Source: Thermoanaerobaculia bacterium
GTDB taxonomy: Bacteria > Acidobacteriota > Thermoanaerobaculia > Gp7-AA8
NCBI GenBank assembly: GCA_039919215.1
Contig: JBDSGC010000230.1
Location: 1-31,171, forward strand
DNA: 31,171 nucleotides
Direction of reading: 5' to 3'
In this document: piece by piece, positions 25,068 to 31,171 of the stretch
How the letters are laid out: the number at the start of each line of letters is the position of its first letter
Numbering within the stretch: the stretch's first letter is position 1
The notes under the pieces: generated by a model
The model's input: the letters and a program-made list of their open reading frames with translations, nothing else
Database searches by the model: none
Told to the model about the DNA's origin: nothing
Program-made: the position numbers and the translations under genes

Positions 25068-25721
25068 CTAGCCTTTTTTGAAAAGGGTAAAGCCTTTTCC
25101 GTCCTTGCTCTCGCTGCGACCATGCCGGATCTCGGCAAGGGCACTCTGCACTTCGATGTTGTCGGCATCCCACTTGAGGGACTCGTCGAGGTAGCGCTCG
25201 GCCTTGGCCACCAGGCCGGCCTTCTTGCAGATCAGGCCTGCATCCTTGAGATACAGCGCATTCACTGGCTCGCGCTGCACCGCACTCTCGATGGCCTGGA
25301 CGGCCTGACGGGCATAGGAAGGAATCCGGATCGCTGCCAGGGCCAGGTAGTGGAAGGCTTTGGCGTCGTTGGGATTGTGCTTCACCGCCATGTCGAAATT
25401 CTCGTACGCGGCCCGGAGGTCTCCCTCCTTGTAGGCTTTGACTCCTTTGTTCAGGTAGGCCTTGCCGACCTGAATGAGGTCCGCTCCGCCTTTTCCCGAT
25501 GTGCTGGTCATCTCCGAATCGTGCTGCTTCCGGCGAGCGGGGTTGGTGAGCACGTTGACGGCCTCGGTCAGGGTCTGAAACTTCCGCTCCGCCTCTGCTT
25601 TGTCCGTGCCCTTGTAGCGATCGGGGTGCTGTTCGCGGGCGAGCCGCCGGAAGCGATCGCGAATCTCCTGCTCGGAAGCAGAGCGCTCCACACCGAGCAC
25701 TTCGTAGTAGTTGACCTTCAT
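25068..25721 (-). CDS. J-domain (DnaJ-type) + TPR protein, 217 aa
   Basis: NYYEVLGV...FRRLAREQHPDRY (HPD intact), followed by TPR-like helices. Start placed at ATG 25721. Confidence 0.9.
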   Translation of the reverse strand: MKVNYYEVLGVERSASEQEIRDRFRRLAREQHPDRYKGTDKAEAERKFQTLTEAVNVLTNPARRKQHDSEMTSTSGKGGADLIQVGKAYLNKGVKAYKEGDLRAAYENFDMAVKHNPNDAKAFHYLALAAIRIPSYARQAVQAIESAVQREPVNALYLKDAGLICKKAGLVAKAERYLDESLKWDADNIEVQSALAEIRHGRSESKDGKGFTLFKKG

Positions 25722-25726
25722 GCGGA

Positions 25727-26824
25727 TTATTTTTTCTGGTTTCGCTGGTCGTAAAGCTTCCGGATGATAGAACGAACGGTCTCCGGAATGCCTTTGTCGT
25801 CCTTCAAGCCCTTCAGATCTTTCAAGGTTAAACGATTGATCAACGGCAGAACAACCCCTATCGGAGTCTTGGGGTTCTTCACCAGTGCCGAGACGATGCT
25901 GTATTTCGCCATCCACTCACGTTTCATGGTGATCAGGCGCAGAACCTCGTCTTCCACGTTGCGCAGCGCGGCGATGGCCTCCGCTTCCTGATTGGTCATC
26001 CGAGGGTTGCGCATCACCGCGGAGCAAACCAGCTTGTTGTGATCGCGCACCAGAATCATGCGTTCGGTCTTTCCGCATTTGAACGCCAGCTTGACTTTCT
26101 CCGCCACTCCCATCATCAGGATCTTCGAAAAGAGCGACAGGTTCCTGGTGTCCTTCAACTCCGCCGGATCGATTTCAGGGGGGGCCTGGGGACTGGACGT
26201 CCCATCCTCCAGCGCCGCCTTTTCCAGCAGATCGGCGATCGAGTCGTCCGCCAGGGAGAGATCGATTTCCTCCTCGTCCAGCTCCGCCTGCGCCGCCGCC
26301 ACGCGAGCCCTCTTGTCGAAGAACTCTTCGCGGGCCTCGAGGGCCCGTCGCCGAACGTCGCTGGAGAGCCTGGGGTTGGCCAGCAGAGCGTCCAGAATCT
26401 CCGGAGCACGGATGATCCTTGCCTGGTTGATGACCACGATTTCCTGAATGGCAGCATCGGCGCGCGACGCCAGCTCCACGATCGAGGAGTCCGGAACGGC
26501 TCGATTCCGGATCAGCGCTTCGACCACATGCGGATCCTCGCTGGCCAGCATCAGAAGGCCGAGATGCTGCGCCGACGCACCCTCGTTGGTGGCAAAACCG
26601 TGGACGATCCGCGACGGAATGTCCCCCAGCGAGGTACGCGCGATTGCGCTCAGCTCCGCGTCGGCATGGGTGATCACGAAGGACAGCACGGCGATCAGAT
26701 CTTCCTGCGGCAGGGGGAGAAACCCGCGGGCAATCGTCTCCACCACCTCGCGCGGATACTCCCCTCCGACGATGCGCTGGATGAGAAGGGATGCCGAGAG
26801 CTCTGCCGGGGGCGGACTACTCAT
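25727..26824 (-). CDS. Conserved hypothetical alpha-helical repeat protein (paralog B), about 365 aa
   Basis: ALIRN/ALLANP/ALVKNPKTP repeat motifs and an acidic linker. ATG 26824 overlaps the RodZ-like stop (ATGA). Confidence 0.8.
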   Translation of the reverse strand: MSSPPPAELSASLLIQRIVGGEYPREVVETIARGFLPLPQEDLIAVLSFVITHADAELSAIARTSLGDIPSRIVHGFATNEGASAQHLGLLMLASEDPHVVEALIRNRAVPDSSIVELASRADAAIQEIVVINQARIIRAPEILDALLANPRLSSDVRRRALEAREEFFDKRARVAAAQAELDEEEIDLSLADDSIADLLEKAALEDGTSSPQAPPEIDPAELKDTRNLSLFSKILMMGVAEKVKLAFKCGKTERMILVRDHNKLVCSAVMRNPRMTNQEAEAIAALRNVEDEVLRLITMKREWMAKYSIVSALVKNPKTPIGVVLPLINRLTLKDLKGLKDDKGIPETVRSIIRKLYDQRNQKK

Positions 26825-27666
26825 GGATGATTCCGGCTCTCCGGCTGCTGCTCCAGCCACGCGCGATCAAAGGTCCGGTCGTGGAGGACTTCGCCGTTCT
26901 GTCCCAGCGCGGGGATACGGATCTCATTGAGAGTCAGCGCCAGGCCCGCTGCGTTGCCGATCGTCCGGAAGTGGAAGGAGTCTCTGGCCTCCAGCACGTT
27001 GTGATATCCCTTCCGGACCTCTTCGTTCAGAACGTTTTTTCCGTCGGCGTCCAGGACCACCCAGGAGCTTCCGATGGCCTCGACCGTGAGCCTCATGACG
27101 TTCGCAGGCGTCGCCGGCGCATTGGCCACCGGAGCGGCGGGGACAAGCGGCTTTTTCAGCGGCGCCGTGCGTTCCGCCCTGACCGGCTCGGCGTCATTCC
27201 TGGCCTCGCGCCGGTGGCGAAGGGCCCAGGTGCTGATCCCGATCAAGGCCACGACGATGGCCAGCAGCACGTAGATATTGCGGTCGATCCGCGCGTAAGG
27301 CGGCGGAATACCCTTGCGCGGCCGGTCCAGCGGATCCACCGTAGCCGCCGGTGGGTGGGCCAGCCGCTCCAGATGCGGCGACTGTTCGATCCGATCATCC
27401 CCCGCCGCCGCGTAGTTGTATCGATTGACCATCTCCTCGGAGCTCAAACCGAGATAGCGAGCGTACTCCCGAACGAATCCCCGCGTGAATACAGGGGCCG
27501 GAAGGGTCTTGTGATCGTTGCGCTCGATGGCGTCGAGAAACCGCTTGCTGATCTTGGTGGCGTCTGCGATCTCTTTGAGCGAGATGCCGCGGATCTCCCG
27601 CTCGCGTCGGAGCTCTTCGCCGAACGACGCCAGCTCTGAATGTGGCTGCGCATCCTGATCAGGCAT
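26821..27666 (-). CDS. RodZ-like protein (HTH_25, TM helix, DUF4115-like periplasmic domain), 281 aa
   Basis: FGEELRREREIRGISLKEIADATKISKRFLDAIE...FTRGFVREYARYLGL; TM IYVLLAIVVALIGISTWAL; SWVVLDADG...TIGNAAGLALTLN. GAAGGA RBS. Confidence 0.88.
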   Translation of the reverse strand: MPDQDAQPHSELASFGEELRREREIRGISLKEIADATKISKRFLDAIERNDHKTLPAPVFTRGFVREYARYLGLSSEEMVNRYNYAAAGDDRIEQSPHLERLAHPPAATVDPLDRPRKGIPPPYARIDRNIYVLLAIVVALIGISTWALRHRREARNDAEPVRAERTAPLKKPLVPAAPVANAPATPANVMRLTVEAIGSSWVVLDADGKNVLNEEVRKGYHNVLEARDSFHFRTIGNAAGLALTLNEIRIPALGQNGEVLHDRTFDRAWLEQQPESRNHP

Positions 27667-27725
27667 GCATGTCCTTCGCCGCTGCGCTCCACCAAACGCA
27701 CACGCGCACCGCTCCGCAGGGCCGG

Positions 27726-27731
27726 ATTCTA
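27726..27731 (-). promoter_or_regulatory. Candidate -10 box (TAGAAT) upstream of the RodZ-like gene
   Basis: ggggTAGAAT about 60 nt before the ATG; no convincing -35. Confidence 0.3.
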
Positions 27732-27772
27732 CCCCGGATCATTCGCCGCTCCATTCCAGGCCAACGGAAGGA

Positions 27773-28528
27773 TCACGCCCGCTCGCCGCGATCCGAAGCC
27801 GCCTCGACCGCAGCACCCGGGAGTCTCTCGATGCATCGGCGGATGTAGACCGACGTGGCGGGGTTTCTGTGGATCTGACGAAGATCGCGGCTGGAAAGGA
27901 ATCGCAACTGGGAAGCGGCGGCCGCGCGCGGCGTCAGCGGATTGAGCACCAGCGCCTTCCGGAGCGCGTATCGATAGGACCACTTTCCGTCGGACGCCAG
28001 CATGCGAAGCTGCTCGGGCAGCGCACGGTCGGAGCCGGCGAAGTGCAGCAGATCGTCCTCCCGCATCCGCTGGTTCTGCAGCAACGACCCGAACACCTTG
28101 GGATCGGGATCGAACAGCAGCGCCTTGATCAATGCCGAACTGCATCGCTTCGCCGCAGAAATCTTCTCCCCCAGGCTGAGTTTCGTGAGACGCTGAAGAA
28201 GCTGGGTGTCGATGGCCCGTCGCGTCGTCGAAGGAACCTGAACCTCCATCGACAACCGCAGCAGATCGGCCCAGTGAAGGTAGTGCACCAGCTTGACCGC
28301 GTGAGCCTGCGGTGTGGCCCGATGGGCGACCAGCGCCAGGCGAACCCCGTAGTAGGCAACCAGCCGGGGGGAATTGGCGACTTTCTGCAGAACCGCCGTG
28401 TTGACGAACGGATTCGCCAGAAGCGCAAGCGCTTCGTCTTCGGCAAGCGCCGCCAGCTCGTCCTCGACGAACGCCAGCAGCAGCTCGCGTGAGAACCTCC
28501 TGATCTCCTGCAGACGGGATCGGTTCAT
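27773..28528 (-). CDS. Conserved hypothetical alpha-helical repeat protein (paralog A), about 251 aa
   Basis: Internally duplicated module, aligns by eye with the C-terminus of 25727..26824. Start placed at ATG 28528. Confidence 0.78.
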   Translation of the reverse strand: MNRSRLQEIRRFSRELLLAFVEDELAALAEDEALALLANPFVNTAVLQKVANSPRLVAYYGVRLALVAHRATPQAHAVKLVHYLHWADLLRLSMEVQVPSTTRRAIDTQLLQRLTKLSLGEKISAAKRCSSALIKALLFDPDPKVFGSLLQNQRMREDDLLHFAGSDRALPEQLRMLASDGKWSYRYALRKALVLNPLTPRAAAASQLRFLSSRDLRQIHRNPATSVYIRRCIERLPGAAVEAASDRGERA

Positions 28529-28540
28529 ACCGCAACGCTG

Positions 28541-28546
28541 ATTGTA
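28541..28546 (-). promoter_or_regulatory. Candidate -10 box (TACAAT) 12 nt before ATG 28528
   Basis: TACAATcagcgttgcggtATG, implying a very short leader; no Shine-Dalgarno. Confidence 0.4.
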
Positions 28547-28609
28547 CGAGCACGAATCGTTCGGCGGTTTCGCGAGCACTGGCGGTCCACAACCAGGGGG
28601 ACCCGGACG

Positions 28610-30469
28610 TCAGAGGGTCCGGGCCCGCCAGGCCTGGAACATCAGCACACGCCAGAGGGCCACGTCGTGGCTGGCCCCGGCAAGATGCTCACGCCAGAGG
28701 CGGCGGACCTGCGATGCGTCGAACCACTCGTCGTCGCCGGGGAGCAGAGCCTCGGCCCAGTCACGCAGCGGACTGCGTAGCCATTCTCCGACCGCCGGCC
28801 CGAAACCTCTCTTGAAGGGGCTGATCCGCTTCGCCGGCAGATGGCGTCCCAGAATCCGACGCAGGATCCGCTTGCCCTCGCCTCCCCCTACCTTTTCCGC
28901 GAGCGGGAGCGACCATGCAAACTCGATCAGTCGATGATCGAGCAGCGGCTCCCGCCCTTCCAGGCTCACGGCCATGGTGGCCCGATCCACCTTGACCAGA
29001 ATGTCGTCCGGAAGGTAGGTGACAAAGTCCGCGAACATCTGTGCCTCAGTGGCTCGCAGCTGCGGCCACGCGTCCGGGGAGAGGAGCATGGTCGAAGGAA
29101 TCGAACCGTCGCGCACGGGGAAACCGTCGGTGGCCACATCGCGAAGATGCAGCCTTTGGACATCGCCGGCCAGAGCAGCGGCGTAGCGGGCGGACCGCTG
29201 CTGCGTCTGACCCGAGGCCAGAGAGGACAGAAGTCGGGCCAGAGTCGAAGCAATCGGACGAATCGAGCGCGGAACTCTACCCACGCGATTCCACATCCGC
29301 TCCGCCAGAAAGTGTCGATGGTAGCCGCCGAACAATTCGTCGCCTCCATCGCCGGAGAGCGCCACGGTGACATCCCGCCGCGCCAACCGGGAAACCAGGA
29401 AGGTGGGAATGGCCGAGGTGTCGGCAAACGGCTCGTCATAGATCGCAGCGATCTCCGGAACGACTCCGATCACCTCCTCGGAACGGAGCAGCAGCGTCCG
29501 GTGTTCTGTTCCGAAATGTGCTGCGATGCCGGCCGCTCCGTCGGACTCATCGAGGTCGCTGTCCTCGAATCCAATGGTGAAGCTGCGGATCCGCGAGCTG
29601 TGTTTCCGCATCTGCGCGACGACCAGCGAGGAGTCCACGCCGCTGGAGAGAAAGACTCCCAGGGGCACATCGGCAATCAACCGGAGAGAGACGGCGTCGG
29701 ACAGCAGCGCCTCCAGTTGGTCTTCGGCGTCCTTCGGACTGCCCTCGAAGGGCCGGATGGTCTCCGCGATCTTCCGGGCGTTCCAGTAGACGATTTCCTC
29801 TCGATCCCCGCGCTCGTTGATGCGAAGGATCGTTCCCGGGCGAAGCTTTCCGGCATGTTCGCAGATCGTCCAGGGAGCGGGCACGTAACCCAACCGCGCA
29901 TAGAGGCGCACCGCGCCCGGGCTGACCGCCGGATCAAAATCCGGGAGACGGCGAAAGGCTGTGAGCTCGGAGGCGAAGGAGATTCCGTCGGCGTCCGGCG
30001 CGTAATACAGCGGCTTCACGCCCGCCCGATCCCGCACCAGCGACAACTGCCGCTCCCGGCGATCCCACAACGCGAACGCAAACATGCCGATGAATCGATG
30101 GACGGCAGACTCCAGCCCCCAGGCGTCGATGCAGGCGAGCATCACTTCGGTGTCGCTATGGCCGCGAAGGGTCGGAAGGTCTCCGGAGCGCGCGAGGTCG
30201 TCGCGCAGACGCTGATGGTTATAGACCTCACCGTTGAAAACAATGACGTAGCGTCCACTGGCCGAATGCATCGGCTGGGCGCCGGCAGCGGTCAGATCGA
30301 TGATGGCCAGCCGGCGAAATCCGAAGGCGACGCCGGCGCCGTCATCGACCCACGTGCCGTCGTCGTCCGGACCGCGATGGGCCAGCGAATCGGCCATCGA
30401 TCGGGCCGTGGCGACGAGATCGTCCGCACGGCCGCCCCCAAAGGACCACCGTCCCGCTATTCCGCACAA
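28610..30469 (-). CDS. asnB: Asparagine synthase (glutamine-hydrolysing) family amidotransferase, about 619 aa
   Basis: TTG start giving (M)CGIAG with the N-terminal nucleophile Cys; HRGPD, RLAIID, FNGEVYN, GMFAFALWD, RDRAGVKPLYY, LSSGVDSS, SGDGGDELFGGY, KVDRATM. Confidence 0.93.
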   Translation of the reverse strand: MCGIAGRWSFGGGRADDLVATARSMADSLAHRGPDDDGTWVDDGAGVAFGFRRLAIIDLTAAGAQPMHSASGRYVIVFNGEVYNHQRLRDDLARSGDLPTLRGHSDTEVMLACIDAWGLESAVHRFIGMFAFALWDRRERQLSLVRDRAGVKPLYYAPDADGISFASELTAFRRLPDFDPAVSPGAVRLYARLGYVPAPWTICEHAGKLRPGTILRINERGDREEIVYWNARKIAETIRPFEGSPKDAEDQLEALLSDAVSLRLIADVPLGVFLSSGVDSSLVVAQMRKHSSRIRSFTIGFEDSDLDESDGAAGIAAHFGTEHRTLLLRSEEVIGVVPEIAAIYDEPFADTSAIPTFLVSRLARRDVTVALSGDGGDELFGGYHRHFLAERMWNRVGRVPRSIRPIASTLARLLSSLASGQTQQRSARYAAALAGDVQRLHLRDVATDGFPVRDGSIPSTMLLSPDAWPQLRATEAQMFADFVTYLPDDILVKVDRATMAVSLEGREPLLDHRLIEFAWSLPLAEKVGGGEGKRILRRILGRHLPAKRISPFKRGFGPAVGEWLRSPLRDWAEALLPGDDEWFDASQVRRLWREHLAGASHDVALWRVLMFQAWRARTL

Positions 30470-30662
30470 GATCGAGGCCCGGGAGACTCTGATTGCGACC
30501 GTTTCGAACGGCGCCATGGATGTCCCGGACTTGCGGCATCGGGCAGCATCCGAAGTACCATGCGTTTTGTGCCGCCGCCGGACTCACGTCGGGAGCGAAC
30601 GGCCACAATTCTTTCGCACTTCTGGAGACTCTTCATTGCAGAGTTCACGCGACAACATCGAT

Positions 30663-31171
30663 ATGCACCACGAGTTTGAGGGCGCTGACGAAGCTGGGAT
30701 ATCCGTCTCTCACATCGTACACGTCCTCCGCGCCTACCGCTTTACTGTTCTGTTCTGGCTGGGCGCGGTCGCGCTGGCGTACCTCATCGTGGCCACGGCT
30801 GTGTACCTGAGAAGCCCAGGGGAGCGGCTCACCTCTCAGCCCTTTCGGCTCGACTTCGAGGGAGCGAGCGAGGGACGCTTCCCCAACAGCACGAAGTTCA
30901 ACGCCGGCGACATCGTGGCCGGGCCGATCCTCAGCACCGTCTACACGAGAAACCACCTGAGCGACTACGCCAGTTTCGGCGATTTCAGCCGCTCGCTGTT
31001 CGTGCTGGAGTCCAATCGGGAGTACGAGAACCTGGTCGCGGATTACCAGGCCCGGCTGGCCGACCCGAAACTGTCACCGCTGGACCGGGAGCGCATCCAG
31101 AAGGAGTTCGAGCTCAAACGGTCGAGTATCTCCAAAAACGAATACGCACTGCACTACGCCAGAGCGCTGCG
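30663..31171 (+). CDS. Partial gene (3' truncated by the window): Wzz-like chain-length determinant / polysaccharide biosynthesis protein
   Basis: Manual translation, open to the edge: MHHEFEGADEAGISVSHIVHVLRAYRFTVLFWLGAVALAYLIVATAVYLRSPGE...FEGASEGRFPNSTKFNAGDIV. The acidic DEI-like patch, amphipathic helix, TM helix and Y..P pattern match Wzz N-termini. Absent from the ORF track. Confidence 0.6.
   Translation, partial: MHHEFEGADEAGISVSHIVHVLRAYRFTVLFWLGAVALAYLIVATAVYLRSPGERLTSQPFRLDFEGASEGRFPNSTKFNAGDIVAGPILSTVYTRNHLSDYASFGDFSRSLFVLESNREYENLVADYQARLADPKLSPLDRERIQKEFELKRSSISKNEYALHYARAL

Noticed and set aside
1-31171. CRISPR array, tRNA, rRNA, prophage or defence system
   Set aside because: No repeat-spacer array, cloverleaf, rRNA-like sequence, phage structural gene or recognisable defence gene was found by eye.

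Overview
GC-rich bacterial window, almost entirely on the minus strand. The gene set and sequence style suggest Acidobacteriota or a deltaproteobacteria-like lineage (inference only). It has four parts. (1) About 2.98-15.8 kb is a complete chemosensory-like cluster with no chemoreceptor (MCP) gene: DUF4388/pseudo-receiver/GAF protein, CheY, CheA, ExeA-like ATPase, CheW, a Zn-ribbon/pseudo-receiver/RomX-like fusion, a 740-aa HEAT-repeat protein, CheR, CheB, a coiled-coil/GAF protein and a second CheY. It is followed by a GT-C membrane glycosyltransferase, a four-cluster ferredoxin and a membrane-anchored HEAT protein. (2) A housekeeping block: amidase, ribH, nusB, gatCA. (3) An HD-GYP gene divergent from an EEP gene. 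(4) An operon of two paralogous helical-repeat proteins, RodZ-like, J-domain/TPR and PP2C genes, ending in a SelW/Rdx selenoprotein (CxxU, in-frame UGA, SECIS-like hairpin) that the ORF track missed. The right edge has an asnB-type amidotransferase divergent from a partial Wzz-like gene, and the left edge looks like an IS end. Non-coding signals are a REP-like hairpin directly after three TAG stops and TANNNT boxes 6-8 nt before several start codons (leaderless signature). No rRNA, tRNA or CRISPR array was seen.
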